NCBI GenBank assembly: GCA_050331235.1
Contig: JBHJHA010000055.1
Span: 1-18,087 of the forward strand
Reading direction: 5' to 3'
DNA length: 18,087 nucleotides
DNA from: Leptolyngbyaceae cyanobacterium
Lineage (GTDB): Bacteria; Cyanobacteriota; Cyanobacteriia; Phormidesmidales; Phormidesmidaceae
Part shown: in pieces, positions 1-7,627 of the stretch
Layout of the letters: the number at the start of each line of letters is the position of its first letter
Position numbering within the stretch: the stretch's first letter is position 1
Translations under genes and position numbers: made by a program
Notes under the pieces: model-generated
What the model saw: only the letters and a program-made list of their open reading frames with translations
Told to the model about the DNA's origin: nothing
The model's database searches: none

Positions 1-919
1 CAATCGAAAACATGCCCCGCCGATGCCCTACGACTAGCACCCCAATCACCCCACCTTCAATGGCTTGGGGACTGAATGCCTCGCGGGTGATCAAGGCGAT
101 CGCGCCGGGCAAGGCTGGGAGATTAGCCAAGATGACCCACAGGCCCGTCAAGACATACAGACCCGCCATGGTGGGAACGATCGCCCCCGCCACCGTTCCA
201 ATTCGCTGAATCCCCCCAATCATCACCAAACCCACCAGCAGACTCAAGCCCAAACCATATACCCAAGGGTAGCTATCCATCACTGGCCAAACTCGAGCGA
301 TCGCCGACAGCGTCTGGCTCGCCTGAAACATGTTGCCGCCCCCTAAAGCGCCGACGGCACACAAGAGCGCAAAGATCAGCGCCAAGCCTCGCCCCAACCA
401 CCCCCAACCCAGTTTGTCCAACCCCTGCGATAGGTAATACATGGGGCCGCCAGCCACCGTGCCATCCGCTCGCACGGTGCGATACTGCTGGGCCAGCGTG
501 CATTCCACAAACTTGCTCGACATGCCTAAAAAGCCTGCCAGCGTCATCCAAACAACCGCTCCGGGTCCCCCAAGTTGAATCCCGATCGCAACCCCGGCAA
601 TATTGCCCAGCCCAATCGTGGCAGAAAGGGCCGTAGCGATCGCCTGAAAATGGCTAACCTCACCGGCTTCGTCGGGGGTATCATAGCGACCCAACGTCAC
701 TTGAAGCGCATGGTTAAAGGCGCGGACATTAATGAAGCCCATCCGTAATGTGAAATAGATAGCTCCCATCAGCAGCCACAGAATAATCAATGGCAGCTCA
801 CCAATGCTGAAAAATAGGGTCCTTTCAAGGACATTGATGCTGAAATTGAGTGCTTGATCGAACCCTTCGTTGAGCTGGGTCAGGCGGTGGGCAAAGTCAA
901 CAGAGAACAGTACTAGCAA
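1..919 (-). CDS. Alanine/glycine:cation symporter family protein (AgcS/AlsT), 3' end beyond the left window edge
   Basis: Missing from the ORF track because it has no stop in the window. Manual minus-strand translation from TTG at 919 (preceded by AGGAG) gives ...LPLIILWLLMGAIYFTLRMGFINVRAF...GEVSHFQAIATALSATIGLGNIAGVAIGIQLGGPGAVVWMTLAGFLGMSSKFVECTLAQQYR...AFSPQAIEGGVIGVLVVGHRRGMFS. The ALSATIGLGNIAGVA/GGPGA/E-TLAQ-YR signature is typical of the family. Confidence 0.93.
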   Translation of the reverse strand, partial: MLVLFSVDFAHRLTQLNEGFDQALNFSINVLERTLFFSIGELPLIILWLLMGAIYFTLRMGFINVRAFNHALQVTLGRYDTPDEAGEVSHFQAIATALSATIGLGNIAGVAIGIQLGGPGAVVWMTLAGFLGMSSKFVECTLAQQYRTVRADGTVAGGPMYYLSQGLDKLGWGWLGRGLALIFALLCAVGALGGGNMFQASQTLSAIARVWPVMDSYPWVYGLGLSLLVGLVMIGGIQRIGTVAGAIVPTMAGLYVLTGLWVILANLPALPGAIALITREAFSPQAIEGGVIGVLVVGHRRGMFSI

Positions 920-944
920 AGAAACTCCTGAACCAACGCTCTCA

Positions 945-950
945 ATTATA
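945..950 (-). promoter_or_regulatory. Putative -10 element (TATAAT) for the symporter gene
   Basis: Plus-strand ATTATA at 945-950 reads TATAAT on the minus strand, about 25 nt upstream of the TTG start and its AGGAG RBS. No canonical -35, which is common for cyanobacterial promoters. Confidence 0.5.
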
Positions 951-1143
951 GGGAGATTGCCTCACGTTCCCTGACTCAACCGATTGTCAGGCCGCTAAAG
1001 AGTCACCGGCTACTGCAATCTATCAGGGCAGCAATTGACCAAGTTTGCCTCACTGGCTCACATCTTGAGGCGGACAGCAGCAATGGTAGAGAGCGAGCCG
1101 GTCACAGTTCCAGCACGTTTGCTAAGCAGAGATCAGCTAATGA

Positions 1144-3180
1144 CTAACTCAACTTAGTTCTCTCAGACGCTGCTACCTGCAAAACCTGGATGAGCCAAGC
1201 CGTCATCCGCTCCATCGAGTCCGGCGTATGCCAAGAAACCTCCTCGACTAAGCAGGGATATACCGACATCATCTCGGCCGCATAGGCTGCCTGGGTGGCC
1301 GCCATCGTTAGCGTAATCAAAGGCAACGCGGTCAGTTCGGACGACTGGCTGAGTGACTTTAAATAAAGTTCTGGCGTCTCAATATCGGGGTCTAAAACAG
1401 CCACGTCGGCTTTCCAAACCCGCTGCAAAAGACTAGCTTGTCCAATATCATCTACTTCTAAAACGCGACAGCCAAACTCGTGAAAAATATGAGGAAACCT
1501 TTGATTGGTGGATGAGAGTCGCTCCGGCGATCGCAAATAAAGTAGCGTCAAGCGACTGGGCGCTGGCATCGCTGGCGGTGGCTGTAGCAAAACGCTCCCC
1601 AACCGCCCTGTCGGCCACAGAAGCTCACGGTCTACCGGTAGCTTGCCTAAATAAACCGCTAGGGGGGAAGGCACAATACCGATCAGCAAAGTAGCTGTAT
1701 CGGTTAAGGCGCGCTTGAGTGTCTCAAGCTGCTCGTTTGTTCTCTGAATAGGCAACATCACCAAAACCGCAGACAGCGGCAGATGCCTCGCCACCTCGAT
1801 CGCGCCTTGGATGTGTGGCGTGATTAACAACTGGTAGTTGAGGTCATAGGCCTGCTGCCATAGGTCAGCCAACGACTCCTGATCAAGAGGCGCCACTAGC
1901 AGCAAAAACCGGCTATCACGGGTGGCATTTGGTAACGGGGATACAGGCAGTAGCAAGGTCGGTCGTACGACCGCCGACGGCTGCACTGACATGACTAACT
2001 CACCCTGATGCAGTTGTGCCAGCCTGCGGACCAATACCCATTCCAACCAGTGGCCAGTTTCTGACGGTAGCGGTGAGGCAGGCACCGAATGACTAGAAAA
2101 CGGTAACGAGAAAATCGTTTGAGATAGCTTTTCCAAGGGAAAATCAGTAGGTAAATGAGTTAAAACCAAACCCAGCCAGTTATCCCACTGGTTAATCTCT
2201 AGAAGATCTGAGTAGATAACACTATCCGCATCTGTTTCTGAGGACAAAGCCGTCTGCATGAGACACGTCAATATCTGTAAACACCGACTCCGATCCGCCA
2301 CCAACGTCATTGGCGGTGTTGTCTGCAATATCGGCGGTGGCTGATAAGCCGAGAGAGGCTGCTCAATACCAGTTCTCAACACCGCTTGCTGATATGCCTC
2401 CGACCATACATCCTGCAACTCGATCATCTGGGGAACTAAGCGCAGGGAACCGCTTTCTAGCCGACCTAGGTCGATCAGGGTGTTGACCCAAACTGCCAAC
2501 CGCCGGCAGTGTTGCTGAATTAAGCTTGCGTATCGGCTTTGGCGTGGCGTAAGGTTGCCAACTTCTCCCATTTTGAGCAAGCTTGCCAACCCCAATAGTG
2601 AGGTCAGTGGAGTCTTCAACTCGTGCCCCAGATAAGTCAAGAGGGCAGTATTTTGACGTAAGACTACGCTCGAAGACTCATCTCCGGTTTTGATATTGGC
2701 GAAGTCGAGGTCGGCGGTTTGGCGGTCGGTGACTTTGGGGTGCTTTGCCGAGGACTGCATCGCCGCTGCCAAAAACGACGATTTATCCAAGATGCCCTGA
2801 TATCGATTTTGGTCATCAACAATCACCCAGCAGCGATCTGGATTGGCCACCACCTGGTCCACAGCAGCACCGCTCTCAGTTGTCATCACCATGAGCGCTA
2901 GGGTCTCAGACACTTGGTCCAACAGCGATCGCGAAGAGAGCACCACTAATCCTGGTTGAGTAGTTTCGTGGGTCGCTGCCGATACGGAAACATCAGCCGG
3001 ATCGACGAGATGCAGAATCTGATTTAACGCCATACCGCGTACAGGCATCTGGTCTTTATCCACCAAGACCACATAGTCGACACCATTCAGCAAGCAACCT
3101 TCTAGCCACCGGCTCGGTGACTCCGATATCGGGTAAGCAGGGGCAGAGCGGATGAATTGGGCCAATAACGGCATTGTCAT
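1144..3180 (-). CDS. Hybrid histidine-kinase-like protein: degenerate CBS-like N-terminus, HisKA with phospho-His, degenerate HATPase_c, two receiver-like domains (probable pseudokinase)
   Basis: H-box LGHELKTPLTSLLGL (His codon 2623-2625) followed by LIDLGRLESG. The catalytic-domain scaffold is recognisable (ADRSRCLQIL, LVRRLAQLHQGEL) but N, G1 and G2 boxes are missing. C-terminal receiver-like segments include IQGAIEVARHLPLSAVLV and CRVLEVDDIGQA...ADVAVLDP...LPLITLT. Start is ATG 3180 or TTG 3186. Confidence 0.85.
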   Translation of the reverse strand: MTMPLLAQFIRSAPAYPISESPSRWLEGCLLNGVDYVVLVDKDQMPVRGMALNQILHLVDPADVSVSAATHETTQPGLVVLSSRSLLDQVSETLALMVMTTESGAAVDQVVANPDRCWVIVDDQNRYQGILDKSSFLAAAMQSSAKHPKVTDRQTADLDFANIKTGDESSSVVLRQNTALLTYLGHELKTPLTSLLGLASLLKMGEVGNLTPRQSRYASLIQQHCRRLAVWVNTLIDLGRLESGSLRLVPQMIELQDVWSEAYQQAVLRTGIEQPLSAYQPPPILQTTPPMTLVADRSRCLQILTCLMQTALSSETDADSVIYSDLLEINQWDNWLGLVLTHLPTDFPLEKLSQTIFSLPFSSHSVPASPLPSETGHWLEWVLVRRLAQLHQGELVMSVQPSAVVRPTLLLPVSPLPNATRDSRFLLLVAPLDQESLADLWQQAYDLNYQLLITPHIQGAIEVARHLPLSAVLVMLPIQRTNEQLETLKRALTDTATLLIGIVPSPLAVYLGKLPVDRELLWPTGRLGSVLLQPPPAMPAPSRLTLLYLRSPERLSSTNQRFPHIFHEFGCRVLEVDDIGQASLLQRVWKADVAVLDPDIETPELYLKSLSQSSELTALPLITLTMAATQAAYAAEMMSVYPCLVEEVSWHTPDSMERMTAWLIQVLQVAASERTKLS

Positions 3181-3647
3181 ATCCAAGGTTGCTGGCGTTT
3201 CCAGGCTTATGATGGGCTACCGAAATCAACACGAGAGCTGAGAACTGCGTTGAGTCAATGACCTCTCAACGTTCCGACTGATTCTCCTCCGCCGATGCAC
3301 TACCCAAAGCAGGGAGTCATCCCTCTGCCCAATCACTCAGCTCGAAAACACCCTACACTCTACCGATAAACAAAACACCGCTGCTGCCACGCGCGGGTAG
3401 AGATACAATACGAATGATTGAATAAACCATAAAACCCTTTCTTCGTAGGGGCAAGCAAGTCTACTGTTCCTTTGTAGATTCTCGGTCGGCCATTTGTCGC
3501 GTTCATCTGATCGGCAGCCCTGGGTTCCAGATCGATGTCTGACTTGATTCATTACCCTAGGCAACTCTTTCCTAGCTGAGAACTGTTTTAAGCGATATTC
3601 AAAACTCCCTATTTACATTTATTTTTAGTCTTCGAGAGACACTACCC

Positions 3648-4559
3648 TTGCATTCACGATTTCTAGTCGGAGGCTTTACGCCTGACCATTCGTTGCTCCA
3701 AGACGTAAAGCGAGTTTTGGATAGCGAAACCTATTTAATTTACGCGACCCAACAAGTAGGGTCATTTTTGCAATGGATAGAGCGCAATCAACACCGCATT
3801 GACTGTCTCCTCCTCCAGTATTCTGACGAACTGCAAGATCTGATCAATCAGCTCAAGACCCAAAAGATTATCTTGCCGATGTTGCTAATCGACATGGACC
3901 CTGCTGCCAATGAGGAGAACGTAGGCGTTGATATCTCGAATACTCCATCCAGCTGTCAGACCCTAGCGGGTAGCTATCATCAGGAAGTTATCTGCGTCAT
4001 GCAGTCTGAAACTGCACAACTCGACAATTTTATCCAGCAGGCGATCACCCGTTTTTTAGGATTGCAATGCGACCTTAGCCAGACGCTGCCGGCCCAATCT
4101 GAAGCGAAGGAAGATGAGCACCAGATTCACTTGAGCCTTCAGCAGCAGAGACTAGCGGATAAGCTGAGAGAGCGTTTAGGCTACTTGGGCATCTACTATA
4201 AGCGCGATCCCCAACAGTTCGCCCGTCACCTAGAGCCCGCCCAGCGAGAGGAGCTACTTGCGGACTTGAAAAGAAACTATCGTTTCTTGATCCTCAATTA
4301 CTTTAAAGACAGTAGCAGCGTTAACAACGCAATTGACAACTTAGTCAATATGGCTTTTTTTGCAGACATTTCCGTATCAAAAATTGTTGAAATTCATATG
4401 GACTTGATGGATACCTTTGCGAAACAACTTAAGTTAGAAGGCCGCAGCGAAGAGATTCTACTAGACTATCGCTTAACACTTATTGATGTGATTGCGCATC
4501 TATGCGAGATGTATCGCAGATCCATTCCTCGAGAACGACCAGAAAGCAACTCCAAGTAG
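3648..4559 (+). CDS. kaiA: Circadian clock protein KaiA (N-terminal pseudo-receiver plus C-terminal KaiC-binding domain)
   Basis: Highly characteristic C-terminus: QQQRLADKLRERLGYLGIYYKRDP...AFFADISVSKIVEIHMDLMDTFAKQLKLEGRSEEILLDYRLTLIDVIAHLCEMYRRSIPRE. N-terminal IDCLLL pseudo-receiver. 303 aa with a TTG start. Confidence 0.97.
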   Translation: MHSRFLVGGFTPDHSLLQDVKRVLDSETYLIYATQQVGSFLQWIERNQHRIDCLLLQYSDELQDLINQLKTQKIILPMLLIDMDPAANEENVGVDISNTPSSCQTLAGSYHQEVICVMQSETAQLDNFIQQAITRFLGLQCDLSQTLPAQSEAKEDEHQIHLSLQQQRLADKLRERLGYLGIYYKRDPQQFARHLEPAQREELLADLKRNYRFLILNYFKDSSSVNNAIDNLVNMAFFADISVSKIVEIHMDLMDTFAKQLKLEGRSEEILLDYRLTLIDVIAHLCEMYRRSIPRERPESNSK

Positions 4560-4597
4560 TGATTAATACATCGGTGTTGGGCAAACTGCGTACACAG

Positions 4598-4635
4598 TGA
4601 TTTGCTGTTTCGTATTTGCACGAAACAGCAAATCA
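4598..4635. repeat. Perfect 16-bp inverted repeat (stem-loop) between kaiA and the first membrane-protein gene; possible terminator or processing site
   Basis: TGATTTGCTGTTTCGT (4598-4613), loop ATTTGC, ACGAAACAGCAAATCA (4620-4635). Extends imperfectly to 4583-4653 (AAACTGC/GCAGTTT, TAC/GTA, CAG/CTG). No following U-tract. Confidence 0.85.
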
Positions 4636-4658
4636 AAGCGCTGGTAGCAGTTTCGACC

Positions 4659-5882
4659 ATGATACGATTCTCCCTGAGACACTCACAGCAAAAAGCAATT
4701 TTTGCATTTAGTGTTACGCTGACATACCTGTTAGTCATTTTCTATCTTAATTTTCTACAGGGTCCTTCCTGGCGAGACGAAGCCGAATTCTGGTCCTCTA
4801 GTCTCGTCTTTAGCAATCAGCTCATTCCAAGTTTGACTGATCTCAAGACTTATGGCAGCTTAAATACCCCCCTCCCGTTTATTATTTTTGGCTTTTTAGA
4901 ATATCTGTTTGGAGGCGATATTGTTGTCGGCCGTTTACTCAATCTCCTCCTATCGCTCGGTATTATCGCCGCAATTGGTTGGCCTTCAAGCCAGAAAAGA
5001 GGGCGTGCCCTTTTGTGTATGTTTGGGCTATTTTGTTGCCCTTACTACCTTTGGTTGAGTGGGCGACTCTACACCGAGATGATTGCCTGTGTCTGGGTTG
5101 TGATTGGCTTAGCTACATATCTCCGAAACCGTCACTTGCTCGCTAGTGCCGCTTTTGTATTAGCGATCGCCTCTCGCCAATTTATGGTGATATTCCCCGC
5201 TGCGATCGCCACCTATGAATTTCTTTCAGTGAGTCAGGCCTATTGGCAAACCCGGAGAACCAATTGGCAAATCCAGGTACGTTGGTTACTCCCCCTCGCC
5301 GCCTCACTATCGCTATTGGCGTGGTTTACATTATTTCAAGGGATGGCTCCGGCCTCCGCTACAGTTGAGAAGGCTCCTGAAGTGCAAAAGTCGCTGGAGG
5401 CTTCTCATCTAGGAATTGCTGTCAATCATCTATTTTTTGTTGGCAGTTACATCGTTGTGCCAGAGTTAATTTTATTTCCCTCCCAAGCCCCCTTAAAGGC
5501 ATTGAAGGAAAATTGGCAAAAATGGTTAATCATTGCCGTTGCACTATTAATTTTCTGCCTCCTTTTTCCACCGCCAACGAAAGGCCAGGGTATTGTCAAC
5601 GACTTCCGCAGGCTCTTACCCAATGACGCCCTACAGTTAGGCCTAATTTACCTCATGGCGCTGTTTGCCTGTATACGATTTACTAAGCCTGACCTTATGT
5701 TTTGGATCGTAGCCTTTCACGTGATTGTGATGACAAAATCACTTCCCTGGGAACGCTATATCCTTCCCTTAGCTGTTGCTTTTTGGTATCTCAAATCGGT
5801 GTTTCCTAATCTGGTACGACCATCGCTGTTGAGTCAGGCTCACAAAGCAAAGTTCGCGCAGCATCCCATGAAGATCAACTAG
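4659..5882 (+). CDS. Polytopic membrane protein, putative GT-C-fold glycosyltransferase (ALG10/ArnT/PMT-like), paralog 1
   Basis: About 10-11 hydrophobic helices. Acidic DE pair in the first external loop (GPSWRDEAEFW), NTPLPF, RLYTEM, ASRQ and a C-terminal WERYILP. ATG 4659 is preferred over TTG 4602 because it aligns with the paralog's start (MIRFSLRHSQQKAIF vs MVNISINRSQQKALF) and 4602 lies inside the hairpin. Confidence 0.75.
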   Translation: MIRFSLRHSQQKAIFAFSVTLTYLLVIFYLNFLQGPSWRDEAEFWSSSLVFSNQLIPSLTDLKTYGSLNTPLPFIIFGFLEYLFGGDIVVGRLLNLLLSLGIIAAIGWPSSQKRGRALLCMFGLFCCPYYLWLSGRLYTEMIACVWVVIGLATYLRNRHLLASAAFVLAIASRQFMVIFPAAIATYEFLSVSQAYWQTRRTNWQIQVRWLLPLAASLSLLAWFTLFQGMAPASATVEKAPEVQKSLEASHLGIAVNHLFFVGSYIVVPELILFPSQAPLKALKENWQKWLIIAVALLIFCLLFPPPTKGQGIVNDFRRLLPNDALQLGLIYLMALFACIRFTKPDLMFWIVAFHVIVMTKSLPWERYILPLAVAFWYLKSVFPNLVRPSLLSQAHKAKFAQHPMKIN

Positions 5883-5990
5883 CTCCATGATTATCTCATC
5901 AGCACAGCGGAAGTTGACGCTTGCTTGAGTCGTATATGCTTGCGCTAATCAGGGATGCTTTAGGAGGGAAGGTCAAGGGCACTCTCTAGG

Positions 5991-6008
5991 GTTCATATAA
6001 AGTTCATA
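5991..6008. promoter_or_regulatory. Direct repeat GTTCATA-N4-GTTCATA (11-bp period), candidate OmpR/PhoB-family regulator site
   Basis: GTTCATA at 5991-5997 and 6002-6008 in the 448-bp gap upstream of paralog 2. The one-helical-turn spacing is typical of OmpR-family sites. Confidence 0.35.
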
Positions 6009-6143
6009 CAAATGCAAAAGCCTCGTCAAGCTTTGAAGGTTTTCAAGCATTTTGATGGAGATTTATAGTTTATTTAGTTAAATATACGTAATCTCAGGCA
6101 ACGACTATCCAGTAACCTCTTCTGATCATCGGCGCTGTAAAAA

Positions 6144-6159
6144 CAGTTCAAATGAACTG
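6144..6159. promoter_or_regulatory. Perfect inverted repeat CAGTTCA-AA-TGAACTG, candidate operator
   Basis: Seen directly, about 170 bp upstream of ATG 6331. Followed by a second weaker inverted repeat (CCACT...AGTGG, 6161-6180). Confidence 0.35.
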
Positions 6160-6330
6160 CCCACTACTCAAGGGAAGTGGCAAGTCCATGGCTTATTGAG
6201 AAGGGTTCTGGAAGCTGATTGGTAAAGTTTGTTGGCATTTTACGAAGAGGATTAGCTTCGGCACCCCTTAGGACTTGTCACTAAACCATTCTCATATTTT
6301 TACTGCTGTGATATCTCGGGCGCATAGACT

Positions 6331-7599
6331 ATGGTCAATATTTCAATAAACCGTTCCCAACAAAAAGCGCTTTTCCTTTTTTGTGTGACATTAATCTACC
6401 TTTTAGTCGTCACCTATTTGGATTTTTTGAGGGGTCCTTTTTGGTGGGATGAAGGTCCATTTTGGAACTCTAGTCTGACATTTAGCGATCGCCTGATCCC
6501 GACCCTAGAGGATTTAAGGTCATACAACAGCCTCAATACCCCGCTTCCATTTATCATCTTTGGCTTTCTGGAATATCTGTTTGGATCAGGGCGCGGCATC
6601 ATTGCAGGTCGGTTTCTCAACCTGTTCCTATCTATCGGCATGGTCTTCTTGATTGGCTGGCCCAATAAGGAAAGAGGAGGACGGGCCTTGCTATGCCTCG
6701 TTGGCTTATTGATGTGTCCTTATTTTCTCTGGCTGAGTGGTCGATTGTATACCGAGATGGTCGCCTGCACTTGGGTGTTGTTGGGGGTCATTGCCTACTT
6801 GCGTAATCGACCATTGCTCAGCGGATTGATGTTCATTTTGGCCATCGCCTCCCGCCAGTATATGTTGGCGTTTCCAGCGGCGATCGCGACCTATGAATTT
6901 TTACGGGCTAGTCACGACTTTTGGGAAACTCGGGTATTTAACCCACGGCGTCAGTTGAGGTGGTTGGCCCCGGCAATTGCGTCTTTATCGATCTTTGCCT
7001 GGTTTGCCCTTTTTCAAGGCCTAGCTCCAGCGTCTGCCACCGTTGACATGGCTCCGGAGGTCCAAAAAACACTGTGGGCCCTCGAACTCGGCGGAGCCGT
7101 AAACTTCCTGGCATTTATTGGGACTTACATCGTTACTCCTGAGTTCATCTTGTTTCCGCCCAAGACCCCTGTCGCCACCTTTAAACGAGAATGGAAGAAG
7201 TGGCTCATCATTGCATTACTGCTGCTGGTGTTTTGCATTGTCTCGCCCCCTCCGGTGACTGGCAATGGCAATATTGTTAAGCTTGCCAAGCTTCTGCCAG
7301 CACCGATTTTACAGATGGGGCTATATTACGGGCTAGCGCTGTTAGCCTGTATTCGATTTGCTAAACCTGATCTCATGTTTTGGATTGTGGCATTCCACGC
7401 AGCTATGATGACCAAAGCACTGCCATGGGATCGCTACGTGCTGCCATTGGTGATTGTTTTCTGGTATCTGAAATCCTATTTTTCAGATTTAGTCATTCCT
7501 CAGTTTAGCGATCGCTCCAGTACCGGTGCGGAGCATCCCCAGCAGCGGGCCTTAGAGTGTCAGGCTTCTCCTTTGACTTCATCGCTATCGCAAGATTAA
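6331..7599 (+). CDS. Polytopic membrane protein, putative GT-C-fold glycosyltransferase (ALG10/ArnT/PMT-like), paralog 2
   Basis: Colinear paralog of 4659-5882 with identical blocks SLNTPLPFIIFGFLEYLFG, WLSGRLYTEM, LAIASRQ and KPDLMFWIVAFH. Motifs GPFWWDEGPFW and WDRYVLP. Confidence 0.75.
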   Translation: MVNISINRSQQKALFLFCVTLIYLLVVTYLDFLRGPFWWDEGPFWNSSLTFSDRLIPTLEDLRSYNSLNTPLPFIIFGFLEYLFGSGRGIIAGRFLNLFLSIGMVFLIGWPNKERGGRALLCLVGLLMCPYFLWLSGRLYTEMVACTWVLLGVIAYLRNRPLLSGLMFILAIASRQYMLAFPAAIATYEFLRASHDFWETRVFNPRRQLRWLAPAIASLSIFAWFALFQGLAPASATVDMAPEVQKTLWALELGGAVNFLAFIGTYIVTPEFILFPPKTPVATFKREWKKWLIIALLLLVFCIVSPPPVTGNGNIVKLAKLLPAPILQMGLYYGLALLACIRFAKPDLMFWIVAFHAAMMTKALPWDRYVLPLVIVFWYLKSYFSDLVIPQFSDRSSTGAEHPQQRALECQASPLTSSLSQD

Positions 7600-7627
7600 G
7601 CGCCCTAATACAGATACCGTTGCGGCA

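Noticed and set aside
12..551. Short ORFs 12-209, 65-346 and 273-551
   Set aside because: Antisense or out-of-frame shadows of the symporter CDS, which occupies a different minus-strand frame.
920..1143. Glycine riboswitch upstream of the alanine/glycine symporter
   Set aside because: No GGAGA...CCGAAG...CTCTCAGG core on the minus strand, and a -10 box lies close to the start codon, leaving no room for a long leader.
1144..3180. Calling this gene cikA or sasA
   Set aside because: It lacks the GAF domain of CikA and the KaiB-like N-terminus of SasA, and its catalytic boxes are degenerate.
3337..3564. 75-aa minus-strand ORF and a CGTTCATCT stretch resembling the start of the glutamine (glnA) riboswitch
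   Set aside because: The ORF has no recognisable features and lies in a divergent promoter region. The downstream riboswitch elements (CGGAAGTA, GAAGGAACG) are absent.
4560..4738. kaiB remnant after kaiA; ORF 4466-4738; TTG start at 4602
   Set aside because: No KaiB-like peptide (LKLYVAG, ATPTL) seen. The antisense ORF overlaps kaiA and the next gene, and the 4602 extension lies within the hairpin and is absent from the paralog.
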